From: Neoconidiobolus thromboides FSU 785
Taxonomy: Eukaryota > Fungi > Entomophthoromycota
Length of the DNA: 64,000 bases
NCBI GenBank assembly: GCA_025603075.1
Contig: MU626327.1
Span: 33,933-97,932, forward strand
Direction of reading: 5' to 3'
The notes below the pieces were generated by a model. The model was not told the origin of the DNA, did not search any database, and saw only the letters and a list, made by a program, of their open reading frames with translations. Positions 1 to 12,200 of this stretch are shown here, in pieces (positions within the stretch are counted from its first letter, which is position 1; every line of letters begins with the position of its first letter). The position numbers and the translations under genes were made by a program.

Positions 1-1889
1 CTTGTCATTATTGGCCTCATTGAACATGAGGATATAAACCCAACACTAAAAAACGCAATAAAACCATAAAAAATTGTACGGAATCCAAGTTTATAACATG
101 CTACCAACCCTTGCCTTAACTGCGACTCTAACTCCAAAATCAAAGATGGTTTATCTATTAACATATCAATGTCTAACTTTTGTTTAAATTGTTCTAATAA
201 CTCTTTCAAAACATTGAAATAAATAGCATCAGCAGCAATTATACCAATCACTCCACCAAAACTAAAAAAGAATTTATTAACTATCTTAACCTCTTGGATG
301 TCTTCTGCTTTAACAGCTAATTCAGAAATGCTACCAGTTATCTTTAAACTGAGTCCTATGCTCACACCCACTAATGCTACAAACAGATAAAACAATCCTG
401 GTTTAGCAAGCTGATATGAAGCTATAGCTAATAAGCAACTGGCTACTACGCCAAGCCCGGTACTTAAAATTAAATACCATCGATATACAGTGAATTTCTT
501 AATGATTAAGCTGATCGCTAGATAACCTAATAAAAGACTGAAAATGATTGTAATAATTGTTGGTGTGGTTTGATTTGCAGTCAAACTAAAAGTAATCTTA
601 TAATAATAAGGGATAAAGATGAAGCCAATGAATAGAACAGCGCCATTAAAAAATGAAATTAAACAGCATAAAATCACATTATGATAAAATAAGTGAGCTG
701 GTAAAGTGGGCTGTTTTGATATATATTTTTGGGAGTAAATGAATAGGAAAAGGAATAGTACAGAAATACAAAGCGGAAGTAAAGCTTGATAAGAAGACCA
801 AGGATAGATTAAGGAGGTGCGATTTAGTGAAAGAGAGAGCAAAGTTGTAAATAAAAATAGAGAAACAGAACCGATAAAATCAAAGTTATGTAGTTTAACT
901 TGTAAACTTGTATCTTTACTTTTACGTGGTAAAAATAAAAGTAATATAACAATAGCGACTGAAGAAGTAGGTATGCTAATATAAAAACACCAACGCCACG
1001 ATAATTGAGTCATAAATAAGCCAACTAACATAGAAGCAGAAACAGAAGCAGCAATAAAAAACAAGGTATAGATTATCATATAAGTTTTTAGTCTATAAGC
1101 TGGTACCAACTCTTTAATAATGACATTACATAATGTAGGTAATCCACCTCCACCAATACCCGCGATTGCTCTTCCAACAATCAGCATTGTTAAATTAACT
1201 GAAGTAGAAGAAATTATAGTACCTATGAGGAAAGAAATTAAAGCTAATAAAATAATGGCCTTATAACTGAAGACATAAATTAGCCTTTTATATTGTCTTT
1301 CCATAATAAAAGAGGTAAGTAAGTAAGCTATACCAAATAAACCCAATTTAGAATATTCATCAAAATTAGAAGCTATTGGGACAAGTAAAGATGTAGCTAA
1401 AATTCGATCATAACCAGTGGTTATGTAAGTTAAAAATAGACCGAACAATAATAAAGTGGTTCTGAATTTTGTTAAACGTACTTTAGTATCATCAATGTTT
1501 AATACTATTGTTGCCTCATCTCCTTTGGAGTTATCATTAAATTCATTATTGACATTAGATTCTATATGTTGTAAATTATCACTAAATACTAACGGCTTAG
1601 TTTCTGTGTTATTGAGTAACTCAAGCTGTTTATCATTGTTATTGATATTTGTATTGATGCTATTATTATTATCAACAATGTTTTTTCTGTTCCCATCTAT
1701 GACATTCTTACTTTTGCTATTGTTTGTTATGCCATCTTTGTTATTGAAATCCGCTTGCTCCTTTTGAGGTTGATCTCTCGCTTCGGGCTTGTTATATTGA
1801 ATATCATTTAACTTAAATTCTTCACTTTCAATGTTGACGGTTTTCTCCACCTTAGTTCCACTTAACTCAATTTCTTTACTTTCTTCCAT
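1..1889 (-). CDS. MFS transporter, DHA2/EmrB-QacA (14-TM) family; truncated at the window edge
   Basis: Frame is open from ATG at 1889 (MEESKEIELSG) and is still open at base 1 in the parts translated by hand. It has a hydrophilic N-terminus, then TM helices with the MFS motif MLIVGRAIAGIGGGG and a WRWCFY-like motif. Confidence 0.85.
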   Translation of the reverse strand, partial: MEESKEIELSGTKVEKTVNIESEEFKLNDIQYNKPEARDQPQKEQADFNNKDGITNNSKSKNVIDGNRKNIVDNNNSINTNINNNDKQLELLNNTETKPLVFSDNLQHIESNVNNEFNDNSKGDEATIVLNIDDTKVRLTKFRTTLLLFGLFLTYITTGYDRILATSLLVPIASNFDEYSKLGLFGIAYLLTSFIMERQYKRLIYVFSYKAIILLALISFLIGTIISSTSVNLTMLIVGRAIAGIGGGGLPTLCNVIIKELVPAYRLKTYMIIYTLFFIAASVSASMLVGLFMTQLSWRWCFYISIPTSSVAIVILLLFLPRKSKDTSLQVKLHNFDFIGSVSLFLFTTLLSLSLNRTSLIYPWSSYQALLPLCISVLFLFLFIYSQKYISKQPTLPAHLFYHNVILCCLISFFNGAVLFIGFIFIPYYYKITFSLTANQTTPTIITIIFSLLLGYLAISLIIKKFTVYRWYLILSTGLGVVASCLLAIASYQLAKPGLFYLFVALVGVSIGLSLKITGSISELAVKAEDIQEVKIVNKFFFSFGGVIGIIAADAIYFNVLKELLEQFKQKLDIDMLIDKPSLILELESQLRQGLVACYKLGFRTIFYGFIAFFSVGFISSCSMRPIMT

Positions 1890-3496
1890 TCTTGACTTAA
1901 TCTTCTAAAAAATTAACAAAAAGCACAATGGGACATTCCAATCTTTATATTATATAGTTTTTATCCACTTGTTATTAGTTTCTATTTATGAATTAAAATT
2001 CCTTTATTAGTTGTAAGAATAAAATGTAAATAAATGAAAATGTTCTGAGCTCAGTTTATTCATTTTTTTTCTCTAGAATTGTTTGAGTGATTGTCTTGAG
2101 GCTGAGATAAAAAGATAAAACTAAAATTAATTGGATGATTTTTTTTAATAAAAATCAAGTTGAAGACAACTACAAAAATAAACATACAGTACAAAACAAA
2201 GTAACATTTAAAATTTTCAAACAACTTGAATAAATTTAAAACCTTGACTAAATTAAAAAACATTAAAGTTTAAATTAAATTAAATTAAAGCATTAAATCC
2301 CATTTATAAATGATTTTTATTTTCATTTTTTTGTTAATTTTTTAAGTAATGGAATTTAAAATTTATTAGGAGTATGAAAGAAAAGACATCTTCAATGTGT
2401 TTCAGGATCCAACAAAAAGGCAGCCATTTTCACAACATTGATACTCTAATGAATTTTCAAAAGGGCCAAAACCAAAGTGGTTTATTAGTAAATGTAGCTA
2501 CTACAAATGAAAGTCATAAGTACAAACGTTATTATGTAATGTCGAAATTTATCACTTTGAGAATTCACTTACAGGGTTGTTAGACTATCAACAAATAAAA
2601 GAAACATAAAATGACAGGTTTATGATTTATTCAAGTTGTTACCTTTAGAAAAACTTATAACTAGGAAGAAATTGGCCCTTGAGTCTAAATTAATCAATGC
2701 TACTATCTATCATTCTAAAGGTTAAGTTAAATAAGCTGGTTATACCAAGATAAAATTTCTATTGAAATACTGCTATACAAACATTACTATTAGACATTTT
2801 AAGGAGACATAAAAAATAGTTTTCATTATTCTATTCAGCTTTATTAAAATTATTTTAATTCATCCCAACTGTTTTTCAAAGCGAAATTCCATTTTTTGGC
2901 TTTAGAAAAAAATTCCTTCAACAATCTTTTAGATTAGTTTTTGGTACTTTATTTGAATCAAAGAATTTGCATTTAGTGTGCAGGTCTTTAAATATTTAAA
3001 GCCAAGCTTTTATTTTCTCCAAAAGGACTTTGAACTTAAATGAGAGTGTATAAATGAGAATATTAAGATACAAAAACAAAAACAAGCTAAAAAACTTCAT
3101 AACTTGCTCATCTAAAAACTAACTCTTTTACCTACCAAATTAAAAAACCCATGGTTTACTGTGTAGTTAGGCAAGCTATCTATTGATTGGCTATTTTTTT
3201 GAACGTCAGATGTCAAAAAGGAAATAAGCTAAATAACTACAATGTGGCCCATAAGTAGGATAGATTTCTATAGTTTTATGCAGCTTTCAGTAGGAATTAC
3301 GACTTTATTCCTGTAAAATTGATTTTTTATGACTTGGACTAAATACTTGCCTATAAATTGAATGGAATTCCCAATCTTATTTTATGCTGGGCATTTTATT
3401 TCACTAAAATTTATATCTATAACCTTGGATTAGAATAGTAACCCCTACTGAAACCTGGATAAAAACCCTATTATAACTTACTTACCTGTTATCTGG

Positions 3497-3793
3497 AAAA
3501 AAAGCAAACAAATGGATCATATGTAAAAATCTATCAAATTTGTAGATTTTTATGTATGATCCAACAAATGTGCTACTTTGAGCTTAATTAGTTGATATAT
3601 TTTTAATTTATACAACATTCAAAGGTATATCTTTTTGAACAAAATCTCACTTTCAATTTCAGTTTAAACTATTAGATTTGATCCAATATTGGAAAGAAAC
3701 TATAATTTAGCTGTTATATCTCTTTATTTACATGAATTATACTTAAAAGTATATCAAGTTGATAAATTTTTACACATGATCTCGTTTGTTTTT
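3497..3793. repeat. Inverted-repeat module with a 21-bp hairpin
   Basis: Hairpin 3513-3563; a third inverted copy of the arm lies at 3759-3793. Confidence 0.7.
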
Positions 3794-4227
3794 GAAATTA
3801 TATCAAGTCGTTCGAAATGCTCTTGTACGAAAATTCATAGATATTGAAAAAGTATCAATTTTTGATTGCAACAGTTAATTTTTCTTAGTTATAAAAAGGA
3901 ATGTATTTTAATCCAAAATTCTAAATTGGTGTTGCAACTAATAACTAATCATTCTCTAATATGCAAAGATCTATACAGAAATATTTCAGATGACCTGATA
4001 TTTTCTTATCTGCAAAAACAAAGTACTCTAAAATTTGAATTTTAAATTCCAAAATAAAATTCAAAACAAAGGCTAATCACAGTAATAATTTATTTAGGTT
4101 GAAGCATTTCTATTGGTCGATTTATTTTTGACAATACTTTTTTTCAAAGTAGTTCATCGTAACCATTCAAATCATTCCAAATTAAAACAATATTAACCTT
4201 TATTTCTTTCAAATAAACTACACTACA

Positions 4228-7200
4228 ATGGTCAAAAACAGCAATTGTAGCTCTCAAAAAACTAGAGGAAGACCGCCAAAGAATGGTGTAAAACATAAGA
4301 GCACCGTGAATAATTTAACTAATGAGATGCCAACAAAGATCAGCAACTTTTTTTCAGAATATTTGAAATTCCCCAAGCTTGCTTCATCTAAAAGTAATCA
4401 TGAAATCATAACTCAATTCAACCAGGCTAAAGAAACTAAAAATAAAGTCGATTCTGTCCCTAGCACAAGTCTAACTAATCAGCTGCCAATTGAAGAAGAA
4501 ACAACAACTCCAAACCCAAAAATCATCTCAATCAAAAACGACCGTAGTACTACAGCTCAATCCAAACAGATTAAAGGAATTAATAATAACCTCAATCTCA
4601 TTTCAAATAAAGGGTTAGTTACCCAATTGATGAGTGATGAAGAGGTCTTAACTGTAGGTCCAGAAAGTAGCATGACTGCAGTTTCGATAGATAATCATAA
4701 TCAAATCGGGAAAGTTCAAGTTAGAAGATCATCGCGCATTAAGGAAAAGAGCAAAGAAAGAAAAAGAAGAAGAGAAGAAAAGTGTGAAAGGAGAAGATTG
4801 AAGAAACTCGAAGCTGAATTATCAAAAACGAGGGAAGGTGTAATGGAATCTAAAATACCTAATGTAGCAAATAAACTATTATCTGTAAATACAGAAGAAT
4901 CTCGTAATATAATCGAATCGAAAATAAATCTAAATGATAATGCATTAGAGTCTAAGAGAGCTAAAGTAGGAAGTAAATTATTAGCAGTGGTAATTGATAA
5001 CCGTGCTAAATTAGCTGAGCTAAAAAATAAAAATAGTAGTGCTACACGAAATATCAACAAGGCTAGGTTAGCCATCAAAACCGGAAAACCTCGTAGGAAG
5101 GCGCCCGAATCCACCTATATTCCACCCGGTAACTGCTTCGGATCAGGTCAGGTAAGCGAATCCGAACAAGCCTCACCAATCCCTGGCATACGTACATCTT
5201 CATTTAGCATGAATCCTTATATCAACACTATGAATATCAATCAAAATGAGAGCATCGAACAAGTTCGCATGGAGGTAGAGCAAAATTCAAACGCCTCTAT
5301 TAATTTTGATCAATTTAATAATAATCCCAATAGCTCCCTTAATGTAGTAGATACTATCTATGACATGAGTAGTGTTATAAATTCAGTAGAAAAAAAAAGT
5401 GAAGAAATATACGAGACAAAGGTTCAAGAAGAGAAAGAAAAAGAAGAAAAAGAAACTATAGAAGAATGTGAAAAAATCGAAGAAGAAAGCGAAGAAGAAG
5501 CAGAGAAGGGTTGCGATCTTTTATTAAAAAACCGTAAATTAGCGAAATCTAATAGCTTTACTGACACGAATATATCTCCTATCGGTTCAAATAGTCATAT
5601 AAATACCAGTAGTCCAAAACCACCTCAATTTCAATTATCATCAAACGAAGCAACAAATGAATATGTCTCTGATGATAACAGTTATGTTGCTGGTAAATAT
5701 TTAGAATGTGATCCTATGGACACAAATAACATTGAGCCAAATTCGGATGACTTTTTTAGCATCCCAGAAGAATTTATGGAGGATAATAAGCAAGTTTCTG
5801 AAGAGCCAGAAGACCCTAATGTCCCCTCTCCTAAATTACATATGTTCTCATTTCAGAAAAATAAATCACAAGCTTCAACTGATCAAGAGTGTGAGTCAAT
5901 AAATACAACTCCTTCACCTAAACCTAAATCTACTCGCCCACGTCTATTCACATTTCAAGGTGATAACTTCGGTCAATATAGAGTAATTAAATCAACACAA
6001 CAGAGATACAATGAAGACCAAGAGTCATTTGAAGGTAGAAGAAAAGCAAGGAAATCTAACAATACTGTACTTAATCAATTCAATGACTCAGACACACTAT
6101 TCAATCACTTAAGAGGAGAAATCTTACGAATAAATGGACAAATAGAATCAACTTTCAAAGACATTGACATTGAGTCTATTACCAGCAATGAGATATATAA
6201 TATGCACCAATATTATCAATTTTTAATAAAACAAAGAAAGGAAATTGAAAAATTAATGATAAATATAGTTTCAAATAGACTTCCCGCTAAGAAGAAAGAG
6301 CAATATTCTACTTCTGCTCATTTTAAAGCCTTAAATAACAAAGCAACAACAAAGAGTGCAGTTTTAAATAATATACCGTCAAATAGTAGATATGTATTAC
6401 CACCAAAGACCCAAAGGGATCCGTTTAGTTCTTATGATAATCTTTTGAGGGTGGATCCAGTTGTAAAATATCTGACCAATGAACGAAAACGCCTTGATGA
6501 GCTTATTCATAAACATAATGAACAATATATAATAAATCAGGCTTCAGATCAACCACAAAAGAAAAAGAAAAAGCGTATAAATGAGTGTGATATAGCAGAA
6601 TATACCAATTGTCATAATCACCAAGTATCTTCAGTCAATGCTCGGAATCAGAATATTTTCTCGAATGAACAAAGATACTATTCTAAAGGTGATAATCATA
6701 GTCAATCAAATTTTAGACAATTTGAGTATCTTCAACCATTACTGGGGACAGATAGAGCACAGAACCCAACTTATGAATATGGAAGGATAACTCAACAACT
6801 AGGAGACTCATCAAATTGTTCACCAGAGCATGTTTCTTTCCATATTAACAAAACTAACCATACCAATAGGACTAAACCATATACAGGATATAAGATTGGC
6901 TCTACCAATGAAGATTATAGCACTAATTCGATCTCACATCATCAATATGATTGTTTTTCTCATCAAAACCTTATTTCTCCTTCTGGTAAGGTTGATATCA
7001 AAGCTCAGCAACATCAATTCGCTTTTGAATACAATGGCCATATCCCTAGTACTCCAGAATATCAGCCCATTTCTGAATATAATCAATATACACCTACTAA
7101 CTTTAACAATAAACAAAAAATTACAGCTGCTATAGACAGCGGATCTAAATTTGACACTATTGATCAGGATACTATTAACAAAGAAAGAATCAATAGAATA

Positions 7201-7350
7201 GCAGATAAAGTCCTTGAAAACTCAGCGATATCCAGTGAAGAAATAGAAGAAATAGAGAGCTGGCTCAGATCTGAAGACGTAGAAACATATATTGATTATA
7301 TTAACTCTGATGTTACTTTTGATTATTTTACTGGTAATATCGAAAACTAG
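4228..7350 (+). CDS. Intronless 1040-aa low-complexity protein of unknown function with an N-terminal AT-hook-like motif
   Basis: Long ORF in AT-rich DNA. Contains TRGRPPK, a basic NLS-like stretch KERKRRREEKCERRRLKK and E-rich and N/S/Q-rich segments; no catalytic domain recognised. Confidence 0.7.
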   Translation: MVKNSNCSSQKTRGRPPKNGVKHKSTVNNLTNEMPTKISNFFSEYLKFPKLASSKSNHEIITQFNQAKETKNKVDSVPSTSLTNQLPIEEETTTPNPKIISIKNDRSTTAQSKQIKGINNNLNLISNKGLVTQLMSDEEVLTVGPESSMTAVSIDNHNQIGKVQVRRSSRIKEKSKERKRRREEKCERRRLKKLEAELSKTREGVMESKIPNVANKLLSVNTEESRNIIESKINLNDNALESKRAKVGSKLLAVVIDNRAKLAELKNKNSSATRNINKARLAIKTGKPRRKAPESTYIPPGNCFGSGQVSESEQASPIPGIRTSSFSMNPYINTMNINQNESIEQVRMEVEQNSNASINFDQFNNNPNSSLNVVDTIYDMSSVINSVEKKSEEIYETKVQEEKEKEEKETIEECEKIEEESEEEAEKGCDLLLKNRKLAKSNSFTDTNISPIGSNSHINTSSPKPPQFQLSSNEATNEYVSDDNSYVAGKYLECDPMDTNNIEPNSDDFFSIPEEFMEDNKQVSEEPEDPNVPSPKLHMFSFQKNKSQASTDQECESINTTPSPKPKSTRPRLFTFQGDNFGQYRVIKSTQQRYNEDQESFEGRRKARKSNNTVLNQFNDSDTLFNHLRGEILRINGQIESTFKDIDIESITSNEIYNMHQYYQFLIKQRKEIEKLMINIVSNRLPAKKKEQYSTSAHFKALNNKATTKSAVLNNIPSNSRYVLPPKTQRDPFSSYDNLLRVDPVVKYLTNERKRLDELIHKHNEQYIINQASDQPQKKKKKRINECDIAEYTNCHNHQVSSVNARNQNIFSNEQRYYSKGDNHSQSNFRQFEYLQPLLGTDRAQNPTYEYGRITQQLGDSSNCSPEHVSFHINKTNHTNRTKPYTGYKIGSTNEDYSTNSISHHQYDCFSHQNLISPSGKVDIKAQQHQFAFEYNGHIPSTPEYQPISEYNQYTPTNFNNKQKITAAIDSGSKFDTIDQDTINKERINRIADKVLENSAISSEEIEEIESWLRSEDVETYIDYINSDVTFDYFTGNIEN

Positions 7351-7971
7351 AGAATAACTAATATTGGTGAGAGTGACTTTTGTAATAGTGGTATTTTTCA
7401 TTTAATATTAGTAACAAATAATAGCGCTTGGAGACTATTACTAAGTCCTAAACTTTTTATGAAATCATTTAATCTCAGTTCACTTTCTCTGATTCTTATT
7501 AACAAGGACAGTAATAACTTCTAAGCTATCCTTTCCAAATATAATAGCTAATAATAAACTTTACTTTTTTTAATTTTTCAATTTTGATATGTTCTTTCGT
7601 ACTTATGTTTTCGCATCTTTTATCCCATTTGATCCTTAATCTTAATATAAATGGAATAACTTTGTATAGTTAACTATCTTGTATTTAACCTTTATGTGAA
7701 ATAAATATAAAGACTATGACTAAAAATCTGATAGTTAAGCATTAAATAATTAGAATGGAATAATCTACCTCATTTCTGTCCATATATTAGCTATTTGAAA
7801 CCTTTTTAAAAGATCTGAGCTACAAGGTATAAATGATAAAGGTCGCCTTCAAATTCGTATAAGGCTCACTTCTAACAAGAAATTCAATTTATTGCTCAAC
7901 TCAGTATTTCAAAGAATTAACATCGTTGGATAGAGACATATTTCATGAAATTTTTTTATAAAAAAGTATTT

Positions 7972-8067
7972 AGAGGTGCTTTTTTGATTTCATCACTTTT
8001 TCCATTTTCTAAGTACTATCGAACAGAAAGGTTGTTAGCAAACTTTCAATACAAAAAATACACCTCC
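7972..8067 (-). mobile_element. Sola-like MITE copy
   Basis: AGAGGTGC..ACACCTCC; TSD ATTT/ATTT. Confidence 0.8.
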
Positions 8068-8860
8068 ATTTAGATTACATTTTATAATGCTTAATACTGT
8101 CTTTGATTTACTCCCTTATAGAGAATGCAAACTTCAGCTAGTTCAGCAATAGCAAAAACCTTAACTGGGACATGAATAATACATAGTATACATATATATT
8201 ACATTTATAACTGTTATTAATATATATCCATAATTGATTTAAAATTATATATACATGTTTTTTATACTTACATTTATTTATTCATTTTTTAGGCAATAAG
8301 ATCTAAAAAATTACTAAAATATGAATTAATTAAACATTTAGTCAGATATAAAACTTGAAGCTTTGAAGGACTTACGCTTTTAAACATGATATAGCTCTAA
8401 CACATACAATTCTAACTCTAACCCAGCCCTGATATAGTTTCAACTTTATAACTGATGTCAAGATGTTTTAAAATGTCGTCAGAATTTAATACAGTATTTT
8501 AAATTGGAAGTTGTTCATATATCTTCTAAATTTATTTTATTGATTTTTTAATCCAATTTGTATTTTCAAAATTTTATGTAAAAGCTTAATGCTTGAACAG
8601 TTGTTTAAACCGATCAGATTTTACCTTTAAAAAAGAATGATGTTTAAAAATTTTAACTTGGGCTAAATATTATAAGCATCTTATTAATAAGCTTCAACTT
8701 TAAAGCCCAATCATATGCTGCGCATATCTAAAATTAGTTGGACTTTGCTTAACATCAGCTTCAAAACCAAGTATTTTAGCCAATAGTGATAAGCTTTGCA
8801 TTAATATAAACAAGAAATTAAAGCAATTTAAACCAAAAGTTTAACTTTTATAATTTACAA

Positions 8861-11110
8861 ATGAACACCAAGATTAGCAACATTACCAAAGCCACTATGG
8901 ATAACAAGGAAAAGAAAGAAAAGAACGAAAAGAACGAAAAGAACGAAAAGAACGAAAAGAAAGAGAAGAGCGAAAAGAGTATCGAAACTGAAAATGAAGA
9001 AGTTTGTATCATTTGTGCAAAAGAGATCTCTTTTTACGCTATTGGATCTTGTAACCATGCTTTCTGTCACTTATGTAGTTTAAGGTTACGCGCACTTTAT
9101 AAATCAAACCATTGTCCTATCTGTAAGGTAATTCAAAAAAAATAGCAAGTTTGAGTTTAATTTAGAAACTTAATTATTAGACAAACCAAGATGTAGTCGT
9201 ATTTACTGAAACCAAATCAAAAACGTTTGAGGAGTTTAATCTTAAAGAAATGGTAATGGATGATAAGCTCAAAATTTATTTCAAGGATGAAAAAAATCGA
9301 GTTGATGCTTTAAAAATACTACAATATAATTGCCCATTTAAGGATTGTGATTTTATTTCTCTTGTTGGATTTCATAAATTACAAAGCCACGTTACAGCTG
9401 CTCATAATAAGTTATTTTGGTAAGCTCTATTTATCAAAGTAGGAAGAAAAAGTATTTATTGATATACTTTAGTAATGTGTGTGCGCATAATAAAAAAGAG
9501 TTTTGTGAAGATATGGAATTATACTCAAGAAAAGAGTTGGCACGTCATATGAAATATGGCAGTGATAAAGTATTAGGAAAAGATGATGGTTTCCGTGGCC
9601 ATCCAGAATGCAGGTTTTGTAATGCTTCATTTTTTGATAACGATGGGCTTTATGAGCATCTTAAGAAAAAACATGAATCTTGTTTTGTTTGTCAAAGGCT
9701 TAATCCACGAGACCAATCTTATTATAAAGATTACGCTGAACTGGTAGTCCTATAATACCTTAAAAAACGCTAAATTATAATACAATTTTAGGAAAAACAT
9801 TTTGAAAAAGAGCATTTCGTATGTAAAGAAAAGGATTGTTTGGAAGAGAAATTTGTAGTATTTGAAAGTTTAATAGATTTAAGAGCTCATGAAGTAAATT
9901 AACTTTTTGCGTTGTAAACTTTAATTTAATAATCTATTTAGCTAGAAAAACATACTGATAAATTTAGTAAAATACAAAGGGCAAAAATGAAAAAAGCACT
10001 CCAAGTCAACTTGGAGTTCAAATACTCACGAGAAAAAGAACAAGAACCCTCTAATTCAAGACGAAGGGAACAAAAGGTAACTGCTTTCTATATTGCGTTC
10101 AAATTTTTTATATTACTTAGAATGGATCATCAAATGAAAATACACCTAAACCAACCAGAAGAGTGAACGCGCCTGCTGGATTTGGTATAGTTTCGAATCC
10201 TTCTCCACCAGCTGAAGCTCCGATAGTAGTCCAAAACGAAGAGGTAACACCATTGATAGCAGAAGAAAAATGGCCGGACCTGAATGGACAGATAACTACC
10301 CCTAAAGCAACACCAAAGGCACCAACATTTGCAGATAAAAAAGATTTCAAAAATAAAGAGTTATGGCCCGAGTTATCAGAGTTAGGACCTAGTAGCTCAA
10401 AACCGATAGCACAATCAAAAAAATCAAATGGCTCATCATGTAATCTTTATTCAAAGCAGATGGCTGATAAACGACCTCCATTACCAAAAGATTCAACTAT
10501 ATTTGATCGTAAAAATGCACCGTCGTTGAGTCAACCTACCCTTACTTCATCTTTCTCGATACCAAGTTCAACATTAGAACAAATAGCACCATTGGTAAAT
10601 CGAGACAAAGGTAAAATGGACGCTGTCAAAGAATTTGGGGTGTTATTTTTTAATGGAATGATGCAGCCTAGGGAATATTTGCTTAATCTAGCAGCAAGTC
10701 TAGAATCTCATAGTACAACTTCAGAGCAATCACAAGCTAATGCTATTAAAATAGCAAGTCTTTTAATTGATCATTTGGACAAAACAAAGGCAGTTCGATT
10801 ACAAGTAGCTATCAGAGAAATAAAAAGTAAAAATGAGGCTTTCCCAGGGCTTCCATCAAAACCTAAATCTAAAAATGAAAATAATGGAGTCAATACTAGA
10901 AAAGTGCTAGTGATTAAACCTAATGGTACATCAATACCAAAACCTAAACTTAAAAATAGTAATGTCAGTAAACCTAGCTTCCCTCAACCCATTCTTTCTT
11001 CTTCTAGTACACAGACAAATGATGATATGAGTAAAATATCCAGTAATGGTAAGAATAAAGATAATAAACACAAAATCAAAGGTAAAAAGATGGATTGGAC
11101 TCAATTGTAA
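8861..11110 (+). CDS. HEL2: E3 ubiquitin ligase Hel2/ZNF598 (ribosome quality control), multi-exon
   Basis: RING CIICAKEISFYAIGSCNHAFCHLCSLRLRALYKSNHCPICK, followed by C2H2 fingers (GHPECRFC...LYEHLKKKHESCFVC). GT-AG introns, e.g. 9128-9180. Confidence 0.9.
8909..8965 (+). repeat. 9-bp tandem repeat (GAAAAGAAC)n encoding EKN repeats in the HEL2 N-terminus
   Basis: Four perfect units plus degenerate flanking units, read directly. Confidence 0.9.
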
Positions 11111-11298
11111 TTAAGTTGAGATAGAAAAATTAATAAAAAATTATATTTTATTACTAACTAGTGTTCTTTAAAGTTTATTATGTCTTGGATTTCATAAAAA
11201 TTACTAACCTTAGTTATATTTCTATTGTATTAAACTGCTTTGATTATAACATTAAATAGTAGAAACATTACAATATCTTTGAAAGCCAACTATTGAAA

Positions 11299-11819
11299 TT
11301 ATTTAGAATCACATTCCATATTTATAAAAGAAGTAAGATGTTCTTTTTCAAAAGTCTCCAAACTCCATGATGTATTGCTCAGCTTCTCTTCGCCCCCAAT
11401 CCAAGTATAAACCATAGCCATTTCTTTAGACTTACTGCCATTATCCTTAATAACTTCGACCACTATTTGAGTTCTATTATAATCCTAGCCATTCTATTAA
11501 TTATTTATTTTATTTATGAAAGTTTGAATTACTTCGCCTTCAAAGCGATCTAACTTTACAATATCTTCTTCTGTTACATTTTTAAATAACTTCCCTTCTG
11601 TCAATTCGCCATCTGAGAAATAAATCCCTGGATATAGTGCTCCTTTAACTGTTACTCGTTTGTAATCCTAATATGATCCTTTTTATGTATATTCTTCTCA
11701 ACTATTATTGTGTTTACCTTCAAAGTTGCAGGCAATAGTGTAAACTCTGTTTTTGGGCTCAATACTCTTTTTAAAACTGTAAGGTTTTGTAGACTACCAT
11801 AAATAAATAGATCTTTCAT
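11299..11819 (-). CDS. AIG2-like / gamma-glutamylcyclotransferase family protein (3 exons; not in the ORF track)
   Basis: Spliced by hand: MKDLFIYGSLQN...LPATLK|DYKRVTVKGALYPGI...EGKLF...DIVKLDRFEGE|DYNR...AMVYTW. The FxYGSL, YPG and LDxFEG motifs are typical of GGCT/AIG2. Confidence 0.85.
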
Positions 11820-12200
11820 TTCAAAAATAAATTTAAGATTGTGACATTCTTTATTCTTGTTAGATTTATATTTATATGCTGATAAAATTCATGCAGTTCA
11901 AAAATAGCACAAAATACAACTGCAACAACAAATATTCTTTATATTTAAATACAGGATGCCCAAGCCTGGCGGGTGTCTCAAAAAAGATATTTATTTTGGA
12001 ATTAGATGTTATGCTATTTTTAAACCGCATGAGTCTTACCAGAATATTAGTACCTACCTAACATTCTCATTTTCAAAAAATAAATTTATTGTGATTTTCT
12101 AAAAGTAATACTAGACTATTATAGTACCAATGTAAAATTCAATAATAGAAGTATTCAAAAGAAAATGTGATTTAATAAAACGAAGTATTAGTTTAATAGT

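Noticed and set aside
1456-1767. 103-aa plus-strand ORF, and similar hydrophobic ORFs at 4716-5114, 14751-15125, 32804-33526, 33560-33817, 34473-34751, 48651-48935, 56388-56624 and 58440-58685
   Set aside because: They are antisense shadows of real genes on the opposite strand; their L/F/S-rich composition mirrors K/E/N-rich sense codons.
2360-2610. Possible coding relic (EYERKDIFNVFQDPTKRQPFSQH*YSNEFSKGPKPKWFISKC...)
   Set aside because: Several stops and no recognisable family motif; cannot be supported without a database search.
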